A DNA stretch of 64,000 nt from Octopus sinensis (GCF_006345805.1 NC_043004.1:53940001-54004000); one strand, 5' to 3'. Counted from the stretch's first letter, positions 39,346 to 53,819 are shown. Program-made: numbers and translations. Notes: generated by a model not told the origin, from the sequence alone.

Positions 39346-41210
39346 ATAAGACAAAGAGAGAGAGAGAAGTGGAAGAAAGAAAGTGAAAGTTGAACTGTTC
39401 ATGTAACAAGGCTCTCTGATGATATGATGAGCAAGCTATCATTTGCTGTAAATTGTGAATATACAATTGTATTGTATAACACCAAACACTTATCATTGCA
39501 AACGTATACGCATGATTTCTCGTATACTAAAATTAAAATTATATGCAGAAAGTTACGAAATGCCAGTAAACCTACGTCACGTGGTTAGATATATATTCAC
39601 TTCTCATATCTCCGGACATAATATTTTTATATACCCCTCCGAGAATAATTTTATCACTCCGATTACCAAGATTTCCAGTTACATGGATACTTTACACTGT
39701 TTTATATTGATCACTGTGTAGTTAGATAGCCGAGTCCGTACGAGGAGCTCACTATGATGGCTGCATGCCTCACTGCATCCATATGCTATACTGCTCATTT
39801 ATATATTTGTGCGTGTGTCTTTGTGTATATATGTATATAAAATTGTATTACGACCTTCAGGTGAAAACGCTCGGACATTACAGTGGCGTATAAAACAAAA
39901 CTGCCGATAGTTTTGTTTAAGTTCAGTTTAAATTTCACAGATATTCTACATGCATACAGCACTATTCTCTCGTTTGTTCGACACAGTTCAACGTTTCTAT
40001 GTATGTTTGTGTACATTCATTTCGTGTCAAAGTAGTTGCTGAATTCTGTATCAGCAATACCCCAGGAGACCTCTGATCACAGGCGTTCTAGCTCAGACAT
40101 CACTATCAATGTTTTAGACACATTTGGAAAGACTTCATTCTTCAGTGTGTTCTCCCTTGTTTTTGACAGAGATTTCTAGGAGATCGGCCGAACATTTATA
40201 TCGGTGACGTTTGCATGAGTATATTGGTGTGTGTATATGTTTGCACTTGTGTGAAAATCACACTTCCACCCACACTACCTGATGAAATATATCTACGAAT
40301 AACCATTCATTTGCCTTTTATTCATATATATTTCGTGATGGACCACGTTATCCAATATCATTCTTTTGCACTTTATAGATTTGGCCGTCTATTTAACTAA
40401 GTCATCCGCAAAGTACAGCTTCGTATTTGGCTCGTTTTTATTTATTCGGTGTGGAGATTGTAAGATTAAAATAATTTATTAATTTATTAACTGTAACACC
40501 TTTAGGGTAACATTTTCATTAGATTCAAACTATATAATTACCAATATATTTCATTTCATTTATTTTTTAACTTTAGGTGAGATTTTTATGTTTATTACTT
40601 TCTATTTATTATCAGGAGAGTCGGTAATACAACTAGACAATGTTAACCTTGTATTCTTGTCTATTTTACAAACTGACCGAACTCAATTAAATTTTCTGGC
40701 CAACTTATTCAGAGCAGTAAGTAAGAATGGAGGCAAAGGTAAGAGACCCCAAACCAATAGGATCTTGGCCAAACAAATGTTGCCAGAAAATTAAAAGAAA
40801 AAATTGGGAAAAATAAATATAAAGGTATATACAGAAAAATAAATAAAAGTGAACAGCAAAAATCAATCTATTCCCGCCATATTGGGGAGAGAGAAAGAGT
40901 TGAAAGAGAAACATGGCTTTTTCAGATTAGTGATTAAGAGCTACATATATCAGACAAACGCTATTTTCGTTGCTTATTTCATTGTGGTGTCCGTTGTGTG
41001 AGGAAAAAATGTAAAATCAAAATCAAAATAGAAATGATTTGTTAACAAAACACGAAACGTAATTTGTAAGACTACATTAGTTTCTTCCTAGAATTACTTT
41101 GGTAATTATTCGTACAGGTCAAATGGCAAACGTGGAGTCATGTATGTATGTATGTATGTATGTATGTATGTATGTATGTATGTATGTATGTATGTATGTA
41201 TGTATGTATG

Positions 41211-41268
<58 letters not shown>

Positions 41269-41725
41269 CATGTATATATGTATGTACGTAAGTACATATA
41301 TTGCTTTCTCTATTGAAATGCTGGAGCAGATTACGTTATTTCCCTGTGAACGATAACCGAATTATTCCCTCTAACAGGCATGGCTATCTAAAGTGTTAGT
41401 GAATGGGATAAGTAATCACTGTTACTGCTTAGTGTTATACTGTTACTGTTTAGTGTTATGCGTATCTATACAAATCGCCTGTATGTGTGTGTCCATGCGT
41501 AAATGTATTAATGTTTACTGTTTACTAAATCTATATATAACACACCGTCATTACGTTTAAGTATAGTAGCAACTTTCTTACTTGTTTCCAGCAGAAAAGA
41601 GAAAAGACCTCGGCTTACTGGCTTTTAGGAGGTTGTCAGAGATGTCATAACGGACACCAGCAATCGTATCCTTGCAACAATTATTATTATGATATATATA
41701 TATATATGTATATGCATGTATTTAT

Positions 41726-42040
41726 ATTCTTTTATACTTTTATTGTTACAGTCATTTGACTGCGGCCATCCTGGAGCAGCGCCATAATGAACTTTAGTGA
41801 AGAAATCGACACCGGGACTTATCATATTCTTTGTAAGCTTGGTACTTATTCAATCGGGCACTTTTACCGAACTGCTAGCTTACGGGGACATAAATACACC
41901 AACATCGTTTGTCAAGCGAGGAGGGAGAGGTAAACACAGATACAAAAACACACACACACATAAACAAACACATACACGCACACACACACAAACACACACA
42001 CACACACATACACACATATATATGTATATATATTTATATA
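41726..42040 (-). mobile_element. SINE family B, 3' half
   Basis: Matches the reverse complement of 26180-26390; truncated at the internal microsatellite. Confidence 0.8.
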
Positions 42041-42539
42041 TATTTGTATTCATATGTACAGATATCTATGTAAGGCGGAGTCCATGATTTTTGGATTTAA
42101 CTTTTGCTTCAGGCAAGTTTGTCTTTCCTTGAAATTAAAATACTGATCTACGCGTTGTCGTTCTTTAGAAAATACTGAAGTCCGTAAACAACTTATTATG
42201 ACATAAGTCAAATAGACTTGACTTGTGAAGCTGGAGATTTAAAATTAAGAATTTTCCAAGCATAATAACATAAATGGGTGCTCAAAAGCCTCCACACGAA
42301 CACACAAACACGCGGGCACATGCAGACAAATATAAATATATGTGCGTATATATACGCATGTGTCTTTATGCACATAAAAGAAAGAGAATATTTAAAGGCA
42401 TTCATTCACAAGGATGTACAAGAGTTCCATTCAGGAACATGTATAATGGCTACGATATATGTTGGTATACTCCAAGAATAGTTATAAGGTAAGACCAAAC
42501 TATTGATATTACATTGTAGTTTAAGGTCAAACAGAAGAG

Positions 42540-43420
42540 GAATTAAGGTGTGCAAATCATTCCTTGCTCTTCTTTCAGGAATAAGTATCTGTTACAATTT
42601 TCCTCAAGCTGTCTACTACAAACATTTAATGGGGAAAATATGGATGAAGTGATATATAAGTGAGGCTGCAGGAAGAAAGGCAAAATAATTATGGGCGAAG
42701 AGTAAGATATATGTAAACGAACCTGGAAGAAAGAGGTAGATTAACGTATACAGTTAGTGCATGTAGGAGTGGCTGTTTGGTAAGTAGATTGCTTATGAAC
42801 TGCATGGTTCCGGATTCAGTCCCACTGCATGGCATCTTGGGTAAGTGTATTCTACTATAACCTCGGGCCGACCAAAGCCTTGTGAGTGGATTTGGTACAC
42901 GGAAACTGAAAGAAGCCCGTCGTATATATATATATGTATGTATGTGTTTGTACATGTTTGTGTCTGTGTTTGTCCCCCAACATCGCTTGACAACTGATGC
43001 TGGTGTGTTTACGTCCCCGTAACTTCGGCAAAAGAGATCGATTGAATAAGTACTAGGTTTACAAAGAATAAGGCGGTGCTTCAGCATGGTCAAAGTCACA
43101 TGACTAAAACAAATAAAAGAGTAAGAGTTATATATTCATGTCAGTAAGGTAGGAGAGTAAAGGGGTGCTAAATGGGATGATAAGAATTCGAACAAGATCA
43201 ACAAGGTCAAAGAGGTGAAGCGGTAAGGATTTGGAGTTATCACTTCAGCCAGAGTATTTGGAGGTGGCAACGTGTTGTTAGATGTCTAAACTTAGAGACA
43301 AGTGGAATAGGTTACTCAGAGATAATGTGCTTACTCAGAATAAGCAGTAGGTTGAGACAGATGGTCAGTTTAAGAAGGTGCGAGTGAAAGGGTTATACTA
43401 GAAAAAAATAATTGGGAAAT
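42540..43420 (-). mobile_element. Probable CR1/L2-type LINE 3' remnant interrupted by SINE B
   Basis: Decayed peptides (LAEVITPNP, LTVYVNLP, SFFP-like) on both sides of the SINE; weak. Confidence 0.35.
42757..43128 (+). mobile_element. SINE family B
   Basis: Homologous to 25942-26390 with an internal deletion near the 3' end. Confidence 0.85.
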
Positions 43421-43894
43421 ATATGCGAATTTGTAAATTAGCTTAACAAGCTTCTAAGATATTATTCAAGAGTGGAATTAAATAAACGTGTTGAATTAAA
43501 GAATGTTGTGGTTTATATAATATCAACCATGAGGGTAAGCATACGCTTCAGAAATACGCATTTGTCGATTGTTACGAAAAATTTTTAATGAATTTAGTGT
43601 AATAAAATGAGGATGTAAGTCATTAGTGTATCATACTAATATATAGACACCGTTCGGAGGCTGTGAAATTGTTTAAGTTAAAATCCTTTCAGAGATGGTG
43701 TTCTGAAACGCAATGTATATCAGAATAAGTTGGACATAATGTATATATGGATATATGTGTGTGTGCGGGTGTGTGTGCGCGCTAATGTATATTATGCATG
43801 TTCGTATATACATATATGCATATATATATATATATATTATATATATATATATATAATATATGTGTATGGATTTATGTATGCATGTGCACATGCT

Positions 43895-43965
<71 letters not shown>

Positions 43966-44511
43966 AGTGATTGTTTTTAAAAAACAGAACTGGAAAATTG
44001 GAAACTTTAACAAAAACAAAACATGGAAAATTCGTAGCTAATTCTTCATCAACCAACTTGCAAGAGATCATATTAGTTTCGTGCCATCATCGTTAAGGAT
44101 GTTCCTTTATTGGAGGCACCAGAGCAAAAAGAACCACTGGGAACAAGTAAGAAACGTATAGGACAATGACGAGAACAGACAAAACAAACTAAAATAGTTA
44201 TAATAATTATATATATACAACGAAAAATACAACGAAATAATAACCATATATATATATATATACAGTTGAAATTCATAGAAAAATAAGAGACGATGATAGG
44301 TGTACGAACAAGAAGCATGTGTATTATTTTGATGCTCGGCAAAAATGGAAAAGTCTTTTAGTTTTCGAGCCTACGCTCTTCAACGGAAAGGAATAAGAGG
44401 AAATAAATATAGAGCGAAGGAAAAAAAAGGTGTAGATTTCAGCGATCGAACATGACCAAACGGATAAAAGGATTACATCACTTTTAAAAGGAATCTGGAC
44501 AAATACCAAAG

Positions 44512-44888
44512 AAGCTTGTTTCTCAACCACATGGTTCCGGGTCATACCTTAGGCAAGTGTATTTTACTTTTAACCTCCGGCCGACCAAAGCCTTGTGATT
44601 GGATTTGGTAAATGGAAACTGAAAGTAGCCCATCGTATATATATGTGTGTGTGTGGTGTATGTATGTATTTATGTGTTTGTGTCTGTGCTTAATCCCGAC
44701 AATCGCTAAACAACTAATGTTGGTGTGTCTATGTTCTTGTAACTTAGCAGTTCAGCAAAATAAAACGATAAAATAAGTACTACTTGCACAAAATAAGTTC
44801 TGGGTCGATTTCTTCGACCAAAATAGCTTGTAAGGCAGTGCTCTAGCTTGGCCGCACTCAACTGATTGTAACAAGTAAAGAAATAAAA
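44512..44888 (+). mobile_element. SINE family B, diverged and 5'-eroded
   Basis: AACCACATGGTTCCGGGT...GGCCGACCAAAGCCTTGTG...GGGTCGATTTC...GGCCGCA. Confidence 0.8.
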
Positions 44889-44889
44889 C

Positions 44890-46860
44890 TTTGGTCCAGT
44901 CCATGTCTAAATTAATCGCTGTGGTCATGGCTTTGGGTCAATTTTGAAGATAATGTTGAGGTCGTTTTGGCACTGCTGGTGGTATATTCTCCACATCGTT
45001 CAAAGGATGTATCGCTCACGGTGGCGTTGGAGAGGACAGAGTTTCAATTCTTTAAGGATTAGCTAAATCGTTTTTACGTCACGTTGTGTGGTATCATGGT
45101 CCATTCGAGTAGGAAGTTCTTGTTGAGTGAGTTGTATTCACGTATAGGTGGTTTAACTGGTATTTCTTGAAGAAATTTGTCTAGATTCCGTTTAAAGTGA
45201 TGGGATCTTTTCCGCTCTTGATCTGTTCCGGGACAATGTTAAATAGGACTGGGCCTGATGAGGAAAAGAAGTTGTGTTGCAGTGTATTCATGTGTTGTGA
45301 TCCTGAATTGGGTATGGGACGTATGGCCAGTGCTCCTGGCCTATGATCAATTTTGAAGTTAATGTTCAGGTCGTTTGGTCACATCTGGTGGTATATTCTC
45401 CACATCATGCAAATGATGGAGACAAGAGTTTTAATGTTTTAAGGCGTTGCCAGTAATCAAAATCATTCATGCCCTCTGAAGCGATGCAATTTTCGAAATG
45501 TTTTGTTTTGTGTGAGGAGACTACAGGGAGCAGCAGCATTCGAGGTGTGGCCGGACAAAGGAGAAGTAAAGTGGAATGATTGTACCTTGTTCTCTGGACA
45601 GGAAAGTTCTTAGGATCCAGGAGCTCCTACGAGCTATATCGCCCTATATCGACCTTATTGCACTCCAGCTGATGTTGTCTACAATTACTCCTAGGTTTCT
45701 GATATTATCAGATGCCATGAGTGGTTCACCTAAAGGAAGAGAGTATAGTTGTTTTAGCATGGTCTTCCTTCCAAATTGCATCAGCTCAAATTTTCCTTCA
45801 TTTAGTTGCATTTTGTTTCTGTCTGCCCATTGACTCACATCATGCAGATCAGACTGGAGTTCATTTCGGTCTTCTTCGTTGATAATTTTCTGGAGTTTGG
45901 AGTCATCAGCGAATATTTTCACTTTTCTGCGTTTTATGACGCTAGAAAGGTCCTTTAAATAGAATATAAACAGAAGCGGACCCACGAGAGTCCCCCTAGG
46001 GACACTACTAGTGGCTTTTTCTGAGCTAGAGTAGATTCCATCTATTACAGCATGTGTTCTATTCTCCAGGAAATACTCAATCCAATGTAGTAGTTTTCCA
46101 CGGTTTCCAACATTTGACAATTTTGACGGCAGAATATTATGTTCGACTTTGTCGAATGCTTCATTGAAGTCAAGATATATGACATCAGATTTTGAACCTG
46201 GTCCCAAGGCTGCAAAGACATCGATATGGTGTAAAAGCTGTGTTAGATATTCCATGCCGCACTTGTTTTTGAAGTACTTCTCTTTAGCATCATTTTGGAG
46301 AATGTGGTTACCATCGATAAATCAACCAACAGGTGGGATAGGTTTTGTTTGATTTTATTTTTGTTTTGATTACACATTGTTCCTCTGCAGCTACTTGATT
46401 TTCGATGCAGGTTTTCATCTTGGTCTGCAGATGAAATTTTTCCAACTCCAGCATTTTTATTCTTGTTGAATGTGGATGCTGTATTTGGGAGTATTTTAAT
46501 AGGGTGATTATTTTGATACTCCTGATGAGTGTTTTTATCTCACTGTTGGGAATCTGTTTCTGTTTATGTTAGTGAATTTCGTAGGAGCGTGTTTTGAGCA
46601 TGTACAGCTGACAGTGTCCTCAAAGTGCTGCCATGTGGTTTCAATGTCGGTGGAACTGAGAGTGAAGGACCAATCGATAAAGGACAGATCCTTTTTTTCT
46701 GATTGCTTCGCAGTCCAGATTGTAGAAGTTTATGTTGTCAAATAAGTGCAGTGGAGTGAGATTCACTGGTTTGGTTCTGATATGCCGGAAATTAAATTTG
46801 CAAAATATCATGTCGTGTTTGGCGAGGAGAGTCTTTTCAATTGAAATGCTGTAAATGGAG
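44890..46860 (-). mobile_element. CR1-clade LINE fragment (EN-RT linker, RT, 3' region), plus a short second fragment at 44890-45070
   Basis: RT motifs in 45644-46255; flanking decayed reading continues (LYFSFVRPHLE.C..SP, FKRNLDKFLQEIP); 44940-45060 repeats 45350-45450. Confidence 0.85.
45644..46255 (-). pseudogene. Reverse transcriptase fragment (203 aa open) of a CR1-type LINE
   Basis: DVIYLDFNEAFDKVEH, SVPRGTLVGPLLFIFYLKDL (PQG motif), IFADDSKL, LQSDLHDVSQW...MQLNEGKFELM, NLGVIVD. Confidence 0.9.
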
Positions 46861-47254
46861 CTATATGTACACACGTACATACACATATTTATTTGTATGT
46901 ATGTATGTATGTATGTATATGTAGCCGCAGTACACATAAATATATACACTAAAACCATTTTTTGGTACAAAAACCTCGAAGTAACATGTCATCCCTTTTT
47001 TACTTTCTCGCTTTTGTTTTTGTAATATATGTCAAATTAAAGTTATGAATACGTCCAACGGTATATTTTGAGTTAAACTATAATACATAAGCATCTATTA
47101 TAGGAAAAATATTTTTATATTTTTATTTTGATACATATAAATACATAGAATAAATGTAATTACTGCTTGTGTAAAAATATTAGACCTTTTTGTAAATATA
47201 AAACATATATATGTTTATAATAAGCTAAAGCTTCCAACCGTTCATCACTATTTT

Positions 47255-47412
<158 letters not shown>

Positions 47413-47839
47413 CTAGGTGTGTATGATGTGCATGTATTTATATCTATGTGTAAACTAAACCATTTTTAGATACGTATGCAAAGATATGTTAATAGTTTCT
47501 ATGTGTTATAAAATGAATAACAAAATGGCTGTTTTTTGCGATGTTATTGAATTTTCCACATATTCTTGGGAGTTGTTTTTTAAAAATGTTCTCCTCTAAT
47601 CTTTTGCACATTATTACTACAATGTTATATATTATTAACAGATTGTCTCACACATAGCCAATATCATCGAAGACCTAGATATGATCTTCACACCGATGCA
47701 CAAATTCACACACACCTCAACATTATCATGGGCTCCATCATGTCACATACAGCCACCACACAATATAGCCAAGTAACACCATCAGACACACAGTTGCCTC
47801 TCTCATACCCCACCGCACACTACCTTATATCCACCACTA

Positions 47840-48225
47840 ATATTTCGAGAATAGCTAAATTAATGAGTTCGAATTACTCTGAGGTTTACTTTGCATTTTA
47901 TCCCTTCGGGGTCCATTAAATAAGTAACAGTTGAACACTGGTCTTGATGTAATCGACTTATTCCCTCCCTAAAATTGCTGGCTTTGTACCAAAATTTGTA
48001 ACCAATATTTTGAGGATACTTTAGGCAGCGAGTTGCCAGAACCGTTAGCACTCCGGACAAAATGCTTAGCAATATTTCGTCTGTCGTTACGTTCTGAATT
48101 CAAATTCCTCCGAGGTCGACGTTGTTTTTCATCCTTTCTGCTTCTATGAAATAATTAGCAATTGAACACTGCGATTCATGTAATCGACTTACCCACTGAT
48201 TCAAAACTGTGAAACCAATATTTTG
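47840..48225 (+). mobile_element. Two tandem diverged family A (type 2) SINEs
   Basis: Both end in AACCAATATTTTGAG; the second has a full head from about 48023. Confidence 0.8.
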
Positions 48226-48285
48226 AGAACACTACTTCTCTACATTATATTATACCATCTCAACTTCGTCACGCCACAACGACCC

Positions 48286-48381
48286 TACCGCATTATCGCA
48301 AATATCATTGTCACAAAATACCACATTATCGCAAATATCATCGTCGCAAAATACCACATTATCGCAAATATCATCGTCACA
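48286..48381 (+). repeat. 33-bp minisatellite, about 2.9 copies
   Basis: Unit TACCACATTATCGCAAATATCATCGTCGCAAAA with few variants. Confidence 0.9.
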
Positions 48382-49520
48382 GTATCATAGAAACCACTAC
48401 GCTGTTACTCACCCTGCTAAAGAAAACAGTCAAATATCCTTCAAACTGCACGCTATCGTCCTTAATGAATGAATAATACATTCAACAATATATGCTAGTA
48501 ACAAGTGGATGATGAGATGGTCAGGGCCAGAAAGCCTTTGTTTATATTATTATAGATCTGAATCAGCACCGCCCCGAGACCATATACACAACAGCAAGTA
48601 GACCACCATCACAATATACTATACGGAGGGGAAATACAGGATGGTTACGGCTGGAAAGCTCTTGAACATATTTCTAGAATAAAAGATTTGACCTGGATAT
48701 AAAAAGCAAAATGAGCAACTCACACCACTTCTATTATTATCATTCACACAACCCTTACCAACACGAACATGACTAGAGTAAAATTATCTCATGCATATAT
48801 TGAAACTCCTATCAGCTGTTTACAGTTGATTACCTCCCTTCGTTTCAGATATGCAAATTATAGTCTCCTCTGACTCCAGTTAAAGACATACATATCCTCC
48901 TTTCCATTATATAGCCCAGAGATAATAAACATTCAGAATGATTATATAATCTGATAGAGGTCAATTCTCGGTAGACTTTTCTTAACTGATAGCTTACAAA
49001 TATTTTGGTCTCCCAATCATAGGATTTATATCACTCTCATTTTTTATGTTTAAATGAGTGTATGTTTTGCATATACAGGATAGTGAAGAATCACGTGATA
49101 ACTTTATTTATATGAGCTATGTGTGTATTTGAGAGTGGGAGTGCGTATATAGCTCTATATGTATATGTGGATGTGATTCAATGATTATCTATCAGTTTCT
49201 TTTTACTTATTTTGTCTTTAATGTGACAAATCTTGCATATTTACAGAGGAGACTTAAAGAAGAAAACAGCAAATTTTATCTTTTGCAGTAAATAAATTGT
49301 ATTTTCTCCGCCTTGTAAATAGGATAACAAGACTCTCGACACGAAGAACAGTCAACTATATCCGCTGAAAAGCAAATTCTGCTATACATGGTTCTTTCCT
49401 TGAGCACGTTGCTTTCGTCTTGATTTGATAAAGTGTTGCAGTTTAGGGATCGCTGATACTCGTGGTCTCGAAAATGACCTGTGTGAAAATATATCAATGT
49501 ACAGAGCCTTTTACGTAACC

Positions 49521-49783
49521 TATTTCTTTATTACCCAAAAGGGGCTAAACATAGAGTAGACAAAAAAGGACAGACATAGGTATTAAGTCGATTACATCGA
49601 CCCCAGTATGGAACTGGTAAGTAATTTATCGACCCCAGTGCGGAACTGGTACTTTATTTATCGACCCCGAAAGGATGAAAGGCAAAGTCAACCTCGGCGG
49701 AATTTGAACTCACAACGTAACGACAGACGAAATACCGCTAAGCATTTCATCCGGCGTGCTAACGTTTCTGTCAGTTCGCCGCC
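49521..49783 (-). mobile_element. SINE family A (type 1) with TSD and internal 32-bp duplication
   Basis: GCCTTTTACGTAACC at 49506-49520 and 49781-49795; three TCGACCCC motifs (49597, 49629, 49661) instead of two. Confidence 0.9.
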
Positions 49784-50390
49784 TTTTACGTAACCATCTA
49801 CTGCTTTGCTTTTCGTTTGAGTTTCCCGGTTTACACCTGAAAAGACAAGATTTGCAATAGAAACGATGTTCTAAACTTGGTGTCACAAATGAAAGAATCA
49901 GATGCTCTCGATCACGAAAACAGTTGTTCCAATCGGATACGTGCCACCACGTCTGTAAGAGCCAAGAGACACCAGTTACGACTGGAAAATGGTAGCATCG
50001 TGCTTTCGTTTTCCTGATATCTTTCTATGAGTTTGGCATGGTGAGGGAAAGTTCTCTCATACCTCATATAATCCATAGTGGTATATGTGAAGTACACGGA
50101 GGCAGATCCTCAGAGCAATATACACTAACTGTTGAGGATGGTAATGGCTCATGAGGACGACGCCGCATTGATCGAGGGCAACTATTTCCAACGAACGTGT
50201 TTGTTAGTGTGTATGCACGCTATCTTTCGTCTGTTTGTGAATGTTAGTTTGTCTTTGTGTATTTGTATTTGTGTCTGTATATATACATCTGGAGATGATT
50301 TTCGTATATTCCAAAGTTATTGCTAGTGTTCAGCTATATATAGGCTTATATGTACGTGTGTATATGAGTATATGGACGGGTAAGTGTATA

Positions 50391-50441
<51 letters not shown>

Positions 50442-50498
50442 TATACATACATATATATAAACATATATATATACATATATATAAACATATATATATAT

Positions 50499-50543
<45 letters not shown>

Positions 50544-50573
50544 AAATTCAGGGTGAATACTTGATAATTGTAA

Positions 50574-50650
<77 letters not shown>

Positions 50651-52473
50651 TTTATAAGTATGTATATGTTCAGTATACATCTATATCTTTGAGTATTTAT
50701 TGACACGCGTAATAGCGTATTAAGAATAGATTTCAGTAGTAGGAATGGATCTCATATTTATACAAAACGTTTTTACCCGGCCCCTTAATAATTAAGTAGA
50801 AAATATGTCTTAGGTGTGCAAAGAGGTACCATTAGGTACGGTAGACCACTGAGCAATAAATAACATGAGTACTGTACCCACCGGTTTGTTTTCAACAGAA
50901 CATTATCATTTATGTATGCGTAAGCGTTAAAGTTACCAAATTGAACACTTAAATGTAAATAGGTGTCAATCGAAGAGTAATGTCCAGCTGGGTCGCAATA
51001 TTTAATTCAAAGCAAAATATTCCACTTGGTAAACATATACCCCGATGAGTGATGTACTTTCACCTTTATTTTGAGAAACACAGTCCTTAGAGATCTAACA
51101 ATCATTAAGATGTACATATTAGTAGGCACAGTAAGACATTTATGTTCCGAGTTTAGATTTGATCAAGCTAAGGAGGTAGTATTTTCTAATATATAAAATA
51201 TGTTTAAAATGTTACAATGTGACTTTACTGTTTCATAGACGTCTCTATTAAATTACATTCACACCACAAAATATGTCCCTTTGAAATGACGCCGACGTCT
51301 GTATTCTTCATACCAAATCTAACCTTCCAACAACGAGGTTAATGCACAGACATAGCATGAATATTATATTATTAAACAGCTTCTTCCAATATTTGTAAAG
51401 TAGACTGAAGGAAACGAAGAAGACCATCATCAGTTAAGTGATAACATTATAGACTATAATTTAATTTTCGTAATGAAAGTGAATTACAGACAACATAGAA
51501 AGGTGAATATATAATATTTTAATAAATGCAAACAGTTCATTACATTCCTTATGTAGTAGGATTTGTCGACGTTTCACAATTAAGAATGGATAGATGAAGG
51601 TGTAATGTTTTTTTCTGTTTGATGTGTCACACTTTTCGCAATAATATATAATATCTCGTTAGCTAAATTATCATTCTCACAAACCATTTAAATTAGAAAT
51701 AGTTTGAGTAAAAACACACCTATTACTTTCATTAGCCAAGTAGCAGAAACTTGAGTAAGGAGAACAAACAATCATTATTAGATTATCAGAACAATTTTTT
51801 TTAGAACATGGGATAAACTTAAAAACTATGGTGATGACCGCACGGAAGAAATTATATGCAGAGGTTTTTGAAAGATTCGGATCGTATAATGTTTCCTTCA
51901 TTTTCACCCTGTTTAATAAATAGCGGTCAATAAAGAAATTATCATCATCATCATCATCATTACCATTATCATCATCATCATTGTCGTCGTCGCCGTCGTG
52001 GTCATCGTCATCATCATCATTTTTATCTTTATTATCATCCATGATAGGTAAGAATGTGTTACATTCCGAATCAATGTCTTTGATTGCTTAGACATCTTAC
52101 AATCCTTGTTGTTCCCAAAAGAACAGGTTTCTGAATTAATGCAATTCACTTGCTTAAACCAATCTGAATAAGGATATTTCCACGACTTTTGGTAACAATG
52201 TCTAAGGCAACTAAATGCGATTAGTTTTATATAAACCTCCGTAGTCTTCGCATTTCCATAGCTAAACCAAGGAATTTTCATATTTTTCTTCTATTTATTG
52301 ACCAATAAATTCACATCTGCAGATATTGGCATATCTGTGATGACGTTTCTTATTTTAAAATGTCGAAAACGATTACATCTGCTCGCTTCGCTTCAACTAC
52401 ATCACCAGTCTGTATATTATTATCGTTGTTGTTGTTGTTGTTGTGTTGTTGTTGTTGTTGTGTTGTTGTTGTT

Positions 52474-52508
<35 letters not shown>

Positions 52509-52523
52509 TGTTGTTGTTGTTAT

Positions 52524-52917
52524 GTGGTGAGCTGGCGGAATCGTTAGCGCCCTGGAGGAAATGCTTAGCGGTATTTTGTCTGCGCTACGTTGTGAGTTCA
52601 AATTCCGCCGAGGTCGACTTTGCCTTTCATCCTTTCGGGGTCGATAAATTAAGTACCAGTTACGCACTGGGGTCGGTGTAATCGACTCGATACCTATGTC
52701 TGTCCTTGTTTGTCCCCTCTGTGTTTAGCCCCTTGTAGGTAATAAAGAAATAGGTATTCCGCCAGTCGCTACGTTCTGAGTGCAAATTCCGCCGGGGTCG
52801 ACTTCGCCTTTCATCCTTTCGGGATCGATAAAATAAGTACCAGTTGAACACTGATGTCGATGTAGTCGACTCATACCCCTCCACCAAAATTGCTTCCATT
52901 GCGGCAAAATTTGAGAC

Positions 52918-52918
<1 letters not shown>
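52524..52918 (+). mobile_element. Chimeric or dimeric family A SINE (type 1 body and tail within a type 2 copy)
   Basis: One head, two bodies; GGTATT repeated at 52570-52575 and 52753-52758; first tail is type 1, second is type 2 followed by (ATT)n. Confidence 0.8.
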
Positions 52919-52981
<63 letters not shown>

Positions 52982-53357
52982 GAGGGAGAGGTAGCGCATG
53001 TCATTAAAGTGACACCGGTACAAATATACGAAGCTAAATACACCTATTATGACTACCGTCTGATAATGGTATACGAGGCGTATGCAACACAGGCATATAT
53101 GCATGATATGGTGACCTTGTATCAAGAAAAACCGTGCATGATCTTGCCGATGGGGCTCAGTTAGAATATTCTTCTGCTCGAGAAGCCCATCGCAATTAAA
53201 AGATCCGTAAATATGTTTTCCTTAAGGGTGGACAACAAAACACCCATGTTTTCAAAGGTAGATTATTTAAACCCCAAATATTTCCTTTCGATAATGGCTT
53301 ATGCTTCTGAGAAGAGATGCACATATCACCAGCCACTAAGGAAATGTTCAACTGGTT
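52982..53357 (-). mobile_element. Family E repeat, diverged
   Basis: Reverse-complement homologue of 32910-33667 without the nested SINE; shares the (ATT)n tract 52919-52981. Confidence 0.75.
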
Positions 53358-53819
53358 ATGGTCAAACAACTGACAAGCAAATCTGTGGTATTGGGCATAA
53401 TATTTGCTATTTTCCATCTTATCAGCATCATCATCATCATCATTATCACGATGCCGTTTCCATATTTCTCGCTGAGTGAATTGATTAATCGTGCTGTTTT
53501 TCTCACAGATGGTGCCCAACTGACTCTACTGTACTGTGTAGTCGACAAAATCAAAAAACAAATGATGCACATGCGCAAAAGTAAAAAAATAAGGTGACTA
53601 TCTGCCTATTGTTTTCTGTACATATGTACACACATACACACACACATATATATATATATATATAGATAAATTTCCTCTATTTACATAATATTGAGGTCTC
53701 TTTCTTTCTTTTGTTATCTTACCGTTTTATCAATATATATATATATATATATATATATACATGCCTCTGTATTAATATATCTATATGTATATGCGCTGTA
53801 TATATATTATATATATTTA

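Noticed and set aside
48286-48381. CRISPR-like array
   Set aside because: The 33-bp units are contiguous with no unique spacers; eukaryotic context with no cas genes. It is a minisatellite.
49247-50200. Candidate exon at 49247 and the moderately GC-rich stretch around the 49.5 kb SINE
   Set aside because: Stops occur in all extended frames and no motif is recognised; cannot be supported without RNA data.
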